From: Bradyrhizobium sp.
GTDB taxonomy: Bacteria > Pseudomonadota > Alphaproteobacteria > Rhizobiales > Xanthobacteraceae
Assembly (NCBI RefSeq): GCF_035701725.1
Contig: NZ_DASSRP010000254.1
Location: 10,909-74,908, forward strand
Reading direction: 5' to 3'
Length of the DNA stretch: 64,000 bases
Shown here piece after piece: positions 48,788-58,251 of this stretch. The position numbers were made by a program, and so were the translations under genes. The notes beneath the pieces were generated by a model. That model saw only the letters and a program-made list of their open reading frames with translations. It searched no databases and had not been told where the DNA came from. How positions within the stretch are numbered: position 1 is the stretch's first letter; each line of letters begins with the position of its first letter.

Positions 48788-48941
48788 CAGTCGATATCGG
48801 ATCGCGATGAGCCGTCGGTTCGGTACCCTCGCAAGGCCCGGTTCTAGCCACTCGGGACTTGCCTCGATATGGGACTTTTGGCCCAATTTTGCGAGGGTTC
48901 GGCCATGATATTCGTTGGCCCGCAAACTGTTGAGGAACGCC

Positions 48942-49832
48942 TTGATCGATAAGCTTGAACTTCTGCTGGCACTGGCAAAAGAGCGCCATTTCGGGCGGGC
49001 GGCGGAAGCCTGCGGCGTTACCCAGCCGACGATGTCGACCAGCCTCAAGCAGCTCGAGGAAATTCTCGGCGTCATGCTGGTGCAGCGCGGCTCGCGCTTC
49101 CAGGGCTTTACGCCCGAGGGCGAGCGGACGCTGGATTGGGCGCGGCGGATCGTCGGCGATGCGCGCGCCATGCGCCAGGAAATCAACTCGCTGAAGGAGA
49201 AGCTCTCCGGCGAAATCAGGATCGCCGCGATTCCGACCGTGCTCGGCATGGTGGCCTCGCTGACGACGCCATTCCGCGCCCGCCACCCGGATGTGCGGTT
49301 TCGCGTCGTCTCCTGCACCTCGGCCGACGTGCTCGGTCTGCTCGAAAACCTCGAGGTCGATGCGGGGCTGACCTATATCGAGAACGAGCCGATCGGCAAT
49401 GTTCGCACCATCCCGCTCTATAATGAGAGCTATCGTCTCCTGACCTCGCCTGATGGCGAATTCGGCGACCGCGAGCAGGTAACATGGTCGGAAGTCGGCA
49501 AGGTGCCGCTGTGCCTGCTGACGCCGGATATGCAGAACCGCCGCATCATCGACCGCGCGCTCAAATCGGCAGGCGTCGAGGTGACGCCAACGCTGACATC
49601 GAACTCGCTGCTCGTACTCTATACACACGTCAAGACCGGCCGTTGGGCGAGCGTGATGCCGGCCAAGCTTGCGGAAACGCTGGGGCTTGCCGACCGCGTC
49701 CGCAGCATCCCGATCGTCGACCCCGTGGTCGACTACAGCATCGGCATGGTGGTGCCGCAGCGCGACCCCATGACGCCCCTGATCGCGGCGCTGGTTCAGA
49801 TCGCGCGCGAGGTGGCGCCCTCGCTGGCGTAG
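48942..49832 (+). CDS. fdsR: LysR-family regulator of the fds operon (FdsR-like)
   Basis: HFGRAAEACGVTQPTMS HTH; divergent from fdsG; TTG start after GAGGA. Confidence 0.8.
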   Translation: MIDKLELLLALAKERHFGRAAEACGVTQPTMSTSLKQLEEILGVMLVQRGSRFQGFTPEGERTLDWARRIVGDARAMRQEINSLKEKLSGEIRIAAIPTVLGMVASLTTPFRARHPDVRFRVVSCTSADVLGLLENLEVDAGLTYIENEPIGNVRTIPLYNESYRLLTSPDGEFGDREQVTWSEVGKVPLCLLTPDMQNRRIIDRALKSAGVEVTPTLTSNSLLVLYTHVKTGRWASVMPAKLAETLGLADRVRSIPIVDPVVDYSIGMVVPQRDPMTPLIAALVQIAREVAPSLA

Positions 49833-49834
49833 TT

Positions 49835-52159
49835 TCACGCCGCGGCCGCGACCTTGCCGACGGCGCGGTGCGCATCGCGCGGCAGGCAGACCCGAACCAC
49901 CGTGCCGCTGCCAAGCCTGGAGCGCAGCCGCATCGAGCCGCCATGCAGATTGGTCAGCGACCGCGCGATCGCAAGCCCCAGCCCCGAGCCGTGATAGGTC
50001 TTGGTCAACTGGCTCTCGACCTGCTCGAACGGGCGGCCGAGACGCTTGAGCGACTGCGGCGCGATGCCGATACCGGTGTCGGCGATCAATAGCACCACCG
50101 AATCCCCGACCTGCCGGCTGCGGACCGTGACGCGACCGCCGTCCGGGGTGAATTTGACGGCATTCGAGAGCAGGTTGACGACGATCTGCTTGGTGGCGCG
50201 GCGATCGGCCACCACCGAGATCGAACTGTCGATGTCGGCATCGAGGTCGAGGTTCTTGTCGTTGGCCCGGCCCGAGACCACGCGCAGGGATTCGGCGAGC
50301 GTCTTCGACAAATCGAGCTCTTCCATATCCAGCTTCATGCGGCCGGCCTCGATCTTGGACATGTCGAGAATGTCGTTGATCACCTCGAGCAGGTAATGCC
50401 CGCTGGTGAGGATGTCGTGGCAGTATTCCTGATACTTCTCCGAGCCGAGCGTGCCGAACATGCCGCTGCCCATGATTTCCGAGAAGCCGATGATGGCGTT
50501 GAGCGGCGTGCGCAGTTCGTGGCTCATATTGGCGAGGAATTTGGACTTGGTCTGGTTGGCTTCCTCGGCGCGGGTTTTCTCCCGGGAATACTTTTCCGCC
50601 AGATCCGCAAGTTCGAGCGCCTGCCGTTCAAGTTCGCTCTGCGAGCGCTTCAAGTCGATGACGGTGGCGCGCAGGCGCAGGTCGTTGTCGACCAGTTTCT
50701 GCTCGTGCTCCTTGATGCGGGTGATGTCGGTGCCGACCGACACGTAGCCGCCGTCCTTGGTCCGCCGCTCCGAAATGTGCAGCCAGTTGCCGTCGTCGAG
50801 TTGCGCTTCGAAGGTGCGCGCGCCCGGCGCCTGATTGGCGACTTCGTGCAGGCGGGTGCGCACCTCCGGCATCCGTCCGACCTCGATCACGGTCTCGTAG
50901 GAAGTGCCGGGGATAACCGCTGAGTCCGGCAGCTTGTGCAGGCGCTGAAAGTGCGAGTTGCAGAGCACGAGCCGGTCGCTCGCATCCCACAGCACGAAGG
51001 CTTCGGGAATGGTCTCGATCGCATCGCGCAGGCGCAGGTCGGCCTCGACGGTCTTTTCGGCAAGGCTCTTCTGCTCGGTGATGTCGACGGCAATGCCGAT
51101 CAGATGCAGCCCGGCATCGGCCGCGCCCTGGCTCAGTTCGCACCGCACGCGCAGCCAGATCCAGTGGCCGTCGGTGTGGCGCATGCGGAAGGTATGGTCG
51201 ATATAGTTGATCTTGGCGGAGATCAGCTGGTCGGCGATCTCGAACAGATCGATATCGTCCGAATTCACCAGCGCGTTGACCTCGCCGAAGGTGAGGAGGT
51301 CGCTGCGGTTCTCGAGCCCCAGCATCGTGAACATCGATTGCGACCAGAAAATCTTGCCGCGCGACAGGTCCCAGTCCCACAGCCCGCAGCGGCCGCGATT
51401 GAGAGCGGTATCGATGCGCCCGCGCACGGCGTCGTTGATCAGGTCGCCCTCGCGGGCGCGGGTCGATTGCCAGTGGAAGGCAAAGCCGAGGATCAGCACC
51501 ACGAAGCCGGTGGTCGCCGACAGCGTCACCGACAGCGCCGCATCGGAGCGCCAGATCGAATCGGTCTTTTCCTGGATCACGATCACCTGGCCGGGCAAGG
51601 ATTTCACCGTGCGGCGGACCGCCAGTGCGCCGTCGCCGTTCGGCAGCGTGATGTCGGTAACGGCTGCCGGTTGCGCCTGAGAGGATGAGGGAACGACGGC
51701 ACTGATGATTTCGACAAGGCCGCTGGCGTCGCCGATGGCGGCCTCGACCGGCACGCGGGCGAGAATCCGCTGATCGACGCCGGTGACGATGACGTGGCGT
51801 CCGGCCGCGATCGCCCAGGACGGAATGAGGCCGGGCAACAGCAGCTGCAGCCGCTCGAACGAAGCGGCACGATCCTGGTGGACCGACGCGATCCGGTCGA
51901 GCCGTTCGGCGAGCAGGTCAGCCAACGCCGCGAGCTCGCGTTTGGCGGCCGCGCGCTTCTGGCGGTTCTGGTCGATAACCTGGACGAAGGCGCCGAGAAA
52001 AATGGTGATCAGGAACGCGATGATCAGAGTCGGTACTGCACGACGGAGCGCTGGCTCCGCTAACAACAGCCTGTGATAGGCTGGCTTCGCGATCGATTGC
52101 GCCAATCCCTTGATCGAATCGGATTGGACGCACGCGTTCGCCGCGTGAGCGCGCGCCAT
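49835..52159 (-). CDS. pleC: PAS-domain sensor histidine kinase/phosphatase, PleC-type
   Basis: 2 TM, two PAS, FLANMSHELRTPLNAIIGFSE, NLLSNAVKF; position downstream of glnE matches rhizobial pleC context. Confidence 0.85.
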   Translation of the reverse strand: MARAHAANACVQSDSIKGLAQSIAKPAYHRLLLAEPALRRAVPTLIIAFLITIFLGAFVQVIDQNRQKRAAAKRELAALADLLAERLDRIASVHQDRAASFERLQLLLPGLIPSWAIAAGRHVIVTGVDQRILARVPVEAAIGDASGLVEIISAVVPSSSQAQPAAVTDITLPNGDGALAVRRTVKSLPGQVIVIQEKTDSIWRSDAALSVTLSATTGFVVLILGFAFHWQSTRAREGDLINDAVRGRIDTALNRGRCGLWDWDLSRGKIFWSQSMFTMLGLENRSDLLTFGEVNALVNSDDIDLFEIADQLISAKINYIDHTFRMRHTDGHWIWLRVRCELSQGAADAGLHLIGIAVDITEQKSLAEKTVEADLRLRDAIETIPEAFVLWDASDRLVLCNSHFQRLHKLPDSAVIPGTSYETVIEVGRMPEVRTRLHEVANQAPGARTFEAQLDDGNWLHISERRTKDGGYVSVGTDITRIKEHEQKLVDNDLRLRATVIDLKRSQSELERQALELADLAEKYSREKTRAEEANQTKSKFLANMSHELRTPLNAIIGFSEIMGSGMFGTLGSEKYQEYCHDILTSGHYLLEVINDILDMSKIEAGRMKLDMEELDLSKTLAESLRVVSGRANDKNLDLDADIDSSISVVADRRATKQIVVNLLSNAVKFTPDGGRVTVRSRQVGDSVVLLIADTGIGIAPQSLKRLGRPFEQVESQLTKTYHGSGLGLAIARSLTNLHGGSMRLRSRLGSGTVVRVCLPRDAHRAVGKVAAAA

Positions 52160-52206
52160 CCCGTCTGCCCCCTTGGAAAAACTTTGAGAACCACCCCGTT
52201 CGAGGA

Positions 52207-52351
52207 GAATCGCCGCTCCCCGAATCAGGTTTCATTTGAATCCACTTTTCCCAGACTGTCGAGAGTCAACGATTCCTTAAGGCAAATAAATCTTGTCCAC
52301 GGCGAATCGCGGTCACCAAAAAACCCGGAAAAAGCCGGGCGAAGTTGAGTC
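52207..52351. promoter_or_regulatory. Cluster of seven GANTC (CcrM) sites plus CtrA-like box in the pleC promoter
   Basis: GANTC at 52207, 52222, 52238, 52263, 52271, 52304, 52347; TCAA-N7-TTAA at 52266-52280. Confidence 0.6.
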
Positions 52352-52386
52352 CGAAACGGGAACGTGCGCCCGCCAAGCATATTGCG

Positions 52387-53766
52387 TCATGCGTTGGGTG
52401 GCTCGGCATGACTGATGACGCGTTTGACGCTCGGGAAGGCGCGTCGCAGCGCGCGCTCGATCTCGTCGACGCTCTCGTGCACCTTGATGACGCTCATCGA
52501 GGGCGCCGCGCGGCAGTGAAAGTTCACGATCTCGCCGGCGTCGGTGTCGCGCACCCGCACGTTATGGATATCGTGGATCGCGCTTGCGGCGGCGAACGTC
52601 GCGAGCGCGTCGCGGATGGCCTCGACCCGGTCCGGCGCGGCATCGGAGCCTTGCGGCAGTTCCGGTTCCAGCGGCTCGATATGGGTGTCGACTTCGACAT
52701 CTTCGCCGAATTCGTCGCGAATGTTCCGCTCGAGGCCCTGAGCGATGTCGTGGGCGGCGATCAGCGTCATCTCGCCGTCGACTTCGAGGTCGATCGAAAC
52801 GATGAGCTTGTCGCCGAGATCGTGGACCGTGACATGATGAACCGCGAGACCGGCATTGCGGGCAATGACCATCACGCGTTCGCGGACGCTCTCATTGTCG
52901 CGCGCGACCGGAATCGCGGTGAAGGTGAGGTCGGCATCCTCGAACAGCGCGGAGACGGCCGCTTGTGCCTTTTGTTTGATCTCATCGACCCGGTCGATCG
53001 GGAAGGTGCGCGGCACCAGCACGGCGGCGTCGATGAAATGCGTCGATCCCACCATGCGCACCCGCATGCGATCGATGCCGACCACGCCCGCGACAGCGCG
53101 GATCGCGGCGGCGGCTTTGTCGGCGGCGCCTTCCGGGGCGCGATCGAGCAGGGTTTCGACGGTCGAGCGGGCAAGCCGCATGCCGAGCATCGCGATCACG
53201 ATCGCAATGGTCGCGGCGGCGGCGGCGTCACCCCACCAAAAGCCGAGGCCGGAGAGCGTGAGGCCCGCGATGACCGCGATCGATCCGAGCACATCGGATG
53301 CAAAATGCAGCGCGTCGGCGGCCAGCGCCTGGCTTTTGGTCTCGTGCGCCGCGCGATGCAGCGCCCGTGCGCGCCAAAGATTGACCGCGATATCGAGAAT
53401 GAGCACGACGAACGGGATCGCCGACAAGGTCGGAGGCGGGGTTCCTTCGCGCAAGCGGCTATAGGATTCCACCAGAATGCCGCCGGCCAGCACATAGAGC
53501 ATGGCGATGATGCCGAGCGCCGACACACTTTCGAGCTTGCCGTGTCCGTAGTGATGCTCATCGTCCGCCGGGCGGTCGGAGACGCGCACCACCATCCAGG
53601 TGACGATGGTCGCTCCGACGTCGACGGCGGAATGCAGGGCTTCCGAGATCAGCGCCAGGCTCCCGATCGCGATGCCGACCACGAATTTGGCCGCGGCCAT
53701 GCCGGCGCTGGCGAAAATCGAAATCGCCGCGACGCGCGACTTGGCGGGATGAACATCGTGATTCAT
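52387..53766 (-). CDS. Cation diffusion facilitator (CDF) transporter with extended C-terminus
   Basis: SLALISEALHSAVD, HHYGHGKLES, ADALHFASD; ~250-aa C-terminus with repeated dimerisation domains. Confidence 0.92.
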   Translation of the reverse strand: MNHDVHPAKSRVAAISIFASAGMAAAKFVVGIAIGSLALISEALHSAVDVGATIVTWMVVRVSDRPADDEHHYGHGKLESVSALGIIAMLYVLAGGILVESYSRLREGTPPPTLSAIPFVVLILDIAVNLWRARALHRAAHETKSQALAADALHFASDVLGSIAVIAGLTLSGLGFWWGDAAAAATIAIVIAMLGMRLARSTVETLLDRAPEGAADKAAAAIRAVAGVVGIDRMRVRMVGSTHFIDAAVLVPRTFPIDRVDEIKQKAQAAVSALFEDADLTFTAIPVARDNESVRERVMVIARNAGLAVHHVTVHDLGDKLIVSIDLEVDGEMTLIAAHDIAQGLERNIRDEFGEDVEVDTHIEPLEPELPQGSDAAPDRVEAIRDALATFAAASAIHDIHNVRVRDTDAGEIVNFHCRAAPSMSVIKVHESVDEIERALRRAFPSVKRVISHAEPPNA

Positions 53767-53904
53767 GGTGGCGGTTTAGCAGGCCATCTTTAACGATTGA
53801 AGTACGTCGAAATACTGCTGTTGCTAGTTAGTCGCATTAACGTGAGAGGAGCGCATACGTGCTCTTTCTCGCGGCGCGCGACGCCCGAGCTTTGGTCTTA
53901 GTTT

Positions 53905-54350
53905 CGTCGCCCTGAAGAAGAGGGCGCAGGGAATGCCGGATGCCAGGCGCACCCGCAGCCTCGCGTGCAAGGTAAAAAAGCACACGAGTTAGTCACCACA
54001 GGTTCGCCGGAGCAGCCCGGCATTCCCTGCGCGATGGTGTTAACAGCTTCCTTCGTGCTCGCCCCGGAGACCGGGCTTTGTTGTCTCCGTGGGTGACAAC
54101 GCTCGCGCGTTGCACCGGATATCAGCGTCGGGATATCAGGCCCACACGACTTCGCCGTCCGCTTCCGATGCGCTCGTCAGTCGCACCAAACGCGTCCATC
54201 GCATCCCGCAACCCAACGTTCGTGACGATCGCGAAGCGCCCCTCGAGTGAGGCGGGACGAGCGGAATCACTAAGGCTGCTTCTAGCAAATCGCGAAGCGG
54301 AATATTTTTCGCGAAAGGACTGGACAGGCGACGCAAATCAGTTGCCTTGG
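53905..54350. repeat. Highly structured intergenic element resembling the multicopy interspersed repeats of Bradyrhizobium genomes
   Basis: Perfect 16-bp inverted repeat GCGCAGGGAATGCCGG (53924-39)/(54017-32) plus many other hairpins. Only one copy in the window, so multicopy status is from recollection and unverified. Boundaries approximate. Confidence 0.6.
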
Positions 54351-54381
54351 GGCCGCGAGGCGGTCCTGGCGTAGCTGATCT

Positions 54382-56640
54382 TCATTCCGTCGATGTCGTC
54401 CCGTGACCCGAAGCGAAAACTGTCGCCAATGCATTTGCGAGATTCTGCGGCGTAAACGGCGCAAAATGGATCGATACGCGGTGGGTGCCGGACGGAACTT
54501 CTACCGCAAGAAATAGCTGTGCCGCGCGCAGAATAGGCCTTTCTTGTCCGTCGACTTCCGCTACCCAGCCCGGATAGTAGAGATCGTGCACCAACAAGAA
54601 TTTCGCGGTTTGCGATGTGGTGACGACATCGAGCCGGCCCGGAGCTGACGATGCAATTTTCGCGAAGCTTGTGTTGGAATCTTCGGATCGCGACGGCAAC
54701 CGCTGATCGAGCTCGCTGACCAGGCTCACCCGAGGCAATGCCCCGGGAATCCGGTAGATCCAGATAGGTGGGCCAGAGAGCAGGAGTTCGGACGCTGGTA
54801 CCGCCGAAAGGCCCGGCAGACTTCGCAACGGTGAGCCGAGAACGAGATAGGTCAAGCCGAGCGCCTTCGCCAGCGAACAGTCGTAGTTGTCAAATGAAGG
54901 CGGAAATTGGCGCAATGACACGTTCCAATTCTGCTCGCCGGGCGAGACGAGGCGATCGTATGCGCCGATCCGCAGCGGATTGTATCCGTTGATCGCTTCC
55001 CAACCGCGAACCATTGCGAGGTTCTGCCAGGGTCCGCCAAGGCCCAGAACTTCGATCCGTGGGTATTCGCCGCGGCGGCGGTCGGCTGCGAGAGACCTTT
55101 CCAGTAACCGGATCGCCTCGGCGTCCGGACCAGACGGTGCCTCGAGGACCGCGTAGACACTCCATGGTTCGGCGTTCAATCGCGATGCGGTATTCCACCA
55201 CATCAACTCGCTGACGCCGGCAAGAACGAGAAGCCACGCCGCGAAAGGGCGGGTCGCTTCGCGTCGCATGGAAAGAAGAGCCGCGCCGGCGGCTAGCATC
55301 AATGTCAATGAAATGAGTGCCTCGCGCCCGGCTTCCGCCCCATGTCCGGTCCTGGCCGAGAACACAATCGCCGAAGCAATTGCTGCAAAAAATGCCGCGA
55401 CCGCCAGCAAAGCGCTCCATGGTCGCAATTTCGGCAAGCCGATGCGGACGTAGTCGGCGAGGCAATGACCGACAATAAAGGCGGTCGCAATCACGAAAAT
55501 AAAACTGGCGTCGGTCGGCCGGCGGAAAAGATCGATGCCGGGAACAAAGCTGAATGCCGTGCCATAAAACGGCGTGTAGCGCCCCAGCATGAAAAGGCAG
55601 GCGATTGCGAGCGCGCCGGCCATCAGGCGGCGCCCGATCTCCCAAGCGCGGTGTCCGGCAACGCCGAACCAGAGCAGAAGCAGCGTCGGCACCGAGCCAA
55701 GAAAAAGGTAGTTTTCGGAATCGTCGGTGAGATCGACATCCGCCAAAGTCGCGGCGCCAGGCCCCCAATAGGCTGAGTGGGTGCCGAAGATATTGGGAAC
55801 TGCAACGTTCGCAAAGTTCGCCGGATAGAGCGAGCCTCTCAGAGCGTCACTGAGCCCTTCATTGGGCCGGTTGGACAAAATTGCAAATTGCATGGTCAGA
55901 AGCAGCGGTATCACCAGCAGCGCAGCTCCCACGACCGTCATGACGGTGAGCACACCAACTCGTTCCCGCAAATATCGCGCGAGGGAATGAGCGCTGATTG
56001 TTTCTGCGACAGCAGCCGCAACCAGCAGCGCGCAAAGCAGCAAGGCCACCTGGTTGCGGCCCAGCGCCATGGCTGCCGCGACAACGGCAAAGGCAACGGC
56101 CAGGCCGTATGAGCGCCGCTCAAGCGCGAGATGCAGAAGCAGCAGCGCCAACGGAAAGGCGCTGTAGCTCAGGATAATCCCGGTATGCTGGAGACGCCCG
56201 GAGGCGGGACCGCCAAGCATGAAGATTGTCGCGGCCAATACGATGCTTGCCGAAGGCCAGCGCGCGCGCCAGCCGATGAAGACCACTGCCAGGCCGCCAA
56301 TGAGCAGGTGAGCTTGGACCACCATGTCGAAAGCCCGCATCGTGGGAAAGCGGGCGATTGCTGCCCAGACGATGAAGACCGGCGCGAAAATCAACGACTG
56401 CGGGTCGGCAGCGCTGGGATGCCCGCCATAGTGGTACGGATTCCAGAACGGCCACGCGCCGGAATGCAATGTCTCCGATAAAAAGCGAAAGAACGCATAA
56501 AACTGATTCTTGGAGTCCCACGGCACCACCGCGTCCTTGATGGTCCGGTGTAAGGCCGAAATGACCGGGATTGCCGAGACGAGCACAACCGATGTTGCTA
56601 GCCTGCCAAGGGAAATTCGATTTTCGGGCGGTGCGGTCAC
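54382..56640 (-). CDS. YfhO-like polytopic membrane protein (putative GT-C glycosyltransferase)
   Basis: 752 aa, ~13 TM; WDS acidic first loop, PFWNPYHYGGHP..ADPQ, C-terminal LYYPGWVAEVDG motif typical of the YfhO family. Confidence 0.7.
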   Translation of the reverse strand: MTAPPENRISLGRLATSVVLVSAIPVISALHRTIKDAVVPWDSKNQFYAFFRFLSETLHSGAWPFWNPYHYGGHPSAADPQSLIFAPVFIVWAAIARFPTMRAFDMVVQAHLLIGGLAVVFIGWRARWPSASIVLAATIFMLGGPASGRLQHTGIILSYSAFPLALLLLHLALERRSYGLAVAFAVVAAAMALGRNQVALLLCALLVAAAVAETISAHSLARYLRERVGVLTVMTVVGAALLVIPLLLTMQFAILSNRPNEGLSDALRGSLYPANFANVAVPNIFGTHSAYWGPGAATLADVDLTDDSENYLFLGSVPTLLLLWFGVAGHRAWEIGRRLMAGALAIACLFMLGRYTPFYGTAFSFVPGIDLFRRPTDASFIFVIATAFIVGHCLADYVRIGLPKLRPWSALLAVAAFFAAIASAIVFSARTGHGAEAGREALISLTLMLAAGAALLSMRREATRPFAAWLLVLAGVSELMWWNTASRLNAEPWSVYAVLEAPSGPDAEAIRLLERSLAADRRRGEYPRIEVLGLGGPWQNLAMVRGWEAINGYNPLRIGAYDRLVSPGEQNWNVSLRQFPPSFDNYDCSLAKALGLTYLVLGSPLRSLPGLSAVPASELLLSGPPIWIYRIPGALPRVSLVSELDQRLPSRSEDSNTSFAKIASSAPGRLDVVTTSQTAKFLLVHDLYYPGWVAEVDGQERPILRAAQLFLAVEVPSGTHRVSIHFAPFTPQNLANALATVFASGHGTTSTE

Positions 56641-56681
56641 GATTTTACGCCTTGGTGTGCCTGCTCACGGGTCGCAGCAAA

Positions 56682-56706
56682 GGAACTCCTTCCAATCCCA
56701 CTCGTT
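56682..56706 (+). promoter_or_regulatory. sigma-EcfG promoter of opgGH (with mirrored 1-mismatch promoter toward the YfhO-like gene)
   Basis: GGAAC-N16-CGTT exact on plus; GAAAC-N16-AGTT on minus (56708-56684). Confidence 0.7.
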
Positions 56707-56730
56707 TCCTCTCTCGGTTTCTGGACCGGG

Positions 56731-58251
56731 ATGGGAAATTCGTTGAACCGACGGCAACTTCTTCGCGCTTCAGTCGTGATGTCCGCAGCCGCTGCGTTGC
56801 CGCGCGTGGGCGCCGCCGACTCAGCACCATCGGCGTTCGGGTCGTCATCCGTGCGAGAACTGGCCCGCACGCTTGCCACCAAGTCGTTCGAGCCGCCCGA
56901 TGAGAAGCTGCCTGAGGCCTTGCAGAATCTCAATTATGACCAGTATCGATCGATCCGCTTCCTGCCGGACCATGCGCTGTGGCGTAACGAGAAGCTGCCG
57001 TTCCAGGCGCAATTCTTTCATCGGGGATTCTTTTACAAGAACAAGGTCGATCTCTTCGAAGTCAGCAATGGACGCGCCGTTCCTATCCAATATCGACGCG
57101 ACGACTTCTCGTTCGGCGAGGGCTTGGGGCAGTGGCCCAATGTCGACCTCGGCTTCGCCGGCTTTCGCATTCACGCGCCCATCAACAGGCCGGACTATTT
57201 CGACGAGGTCTGTGTGTTCCTCGGCGCGAGCTATTTCAGGGCGGTTGCGAAGGGCGAGACCTATGGGTTGTCCGCCCGTGGCCTGTCGATCGACACCGGG
57301 GAGACCAAAGGCGAAGAATTTCCCGTGTTCAAGGCGTTTTGGCTGGAGAAGCCGGCACCGAACGCGACCTCCATCGTGATTCACGCATTGCTGGACAGCA
57401 AGAGCGCCACCGCCAGCTATCGCTTCACTATTCGGCCCGGCGAGAGCACGATCTTCGACGTCGAGATGTTTCTCTATCCCAGAGTGGATGTTGCGCATGG
57501 CGGTCTTGCGCCGATGACCAGCATGTTCTTCTTCGGGCCAAACGACCGCAAGGACTTCGACGACTTCCGCCCTGCGGTTCACGATTCTGATGGGCTCGCG
57601 ATCTCGAACGGCAATGGCGAACAACTCTGGCGCCCGCTCAACAATCCGCGCGACTTGCAAGTGAGCACCTTCACCGATCTCAATCCCCGCGGATTTGGGC
57701 TGATGCAGCGGGAGAAGAAATATTTCGCCTATCAGGACCTTGAATCACGGTTTGAACGGCGTCCCAGCCTTTGGGTGGAGCCGATCGGCGATTGGGGCGA
57801 AGGCGCCGTCGTCCTGTTCGAGATTCCGACCAAGGAGGAGATTCACGACAACATAGCGGCCTTCTGGCGTCCAAAGCAGCCGCTCACGGCCAAGAACGAA
57901 CACAACTTCACCTATCGCCTTCATTGGGGTCCGGACGCCCCGAAATCCGACACGCTGGCGCGGTTCACCCGGACCGGGGTCGGCAATCGAGGCGATGAGA
58001 GCAAGCTATTCGTGCTGGAATTGATGGGCGACAAGCTCAAGGGCATCGACCCGAAGACCATCAAGGGAACGGTGACCGCGGAGAAATCCGAGATCAGCAA
58101 CATCGTCACCGAACCCAATCCGGAGACGGGCGGCTGGCGCCTCAGTTTCCAATGCGCGATCCAGAGCAAAGCGCCGATCGAATTGCGCGCTGTCCTGGTC
58201 CAGAATGATACGCCGATTTCCGAAGTGTGGACCTATCGATGGACGCCCTGA
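56731..58251 (+). CDS. opgG: Periplasmic glucan biosynthesis protein OpgG/OpgD (GH186), Tat-exported
   Basis: NRRQLL twin-Arg signal; LNYDQYRSIRF, FLGASYFRA, YGLSARGL, EEFPVF, RPAVHDSDGL, HDNIAAFW. Tat signal is more OpgD-like. Confidence 0.9.
   Translation: MGNSLNRRQLLRASVVMSAAAALPRVGAADSAPSAFGSSSVRELARTLATKSFEPPDEKLPEALQNLNYDQYRSIRFLPDHALWRNEKLPFQAQFFHRGFFYKNKVDLFEVSNGRAVPIQYRRDDFSFGEGLGQWPNVDLGFAGFRIHAPINRPDYFDEVCVFLGASYFRAVAKGETYGLSARGLSIDTGETKGEEFPVFKAFWLEKPAPNATSIVIHALLDSKSATASYRFTIRPGESTIFDVEMFLYPRVDVAHGGLAPMTSMFFFGPNDRKDFDDFRPAVHDSDGLAISNGNGEQLWRPLNNPRDLQVSTFTDLNPRGFGLMQREKKYFAYQDLESRFERRPSLWVEPIGDWGEGAVVLFEIPTKEEIHDNIAAFWRPKQPLTAKNEHNFTYRLHWGPDAPKSDTLARFTRTGVGNRGDESKLFVLELMGDKLKGIDPKTIKGTVTAEKSEISNIVTEPNPETGGWRLSFQCAIQSKAPIELRAVLVQNDTPISEVWTYRWTP

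Noticed and set aside
42690-49832. fds operon as a recent horizontal insertion between glnE and pleC
   Set aside because: Codon usage looks host-like, no mobility genes or flanking repeats, and I recall this arrangement being usual in Bradyrhizobium.
53797-53810. TTGA-N6-TCGA FixK-like box upstream of the CDF gene
   Set aside because: One mismatch and only ~30 bp from the start codon, leaving no room for class II promoter geometry.
54136-54336. 66-aa and neighbouring short ORFs within the structured element
   Set aside because: No RBS or protein-like features; better explained as reading frames through a non-coding repeat.
54400-54425. GTGACCCGAAGCG motif reminiscent of short bradyrhizobial REP-like repeats at the 3' end of the YfhO-like gene
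   Set aside because: Single partial occurrence inside a CDS; cannot be supported without a genome search.
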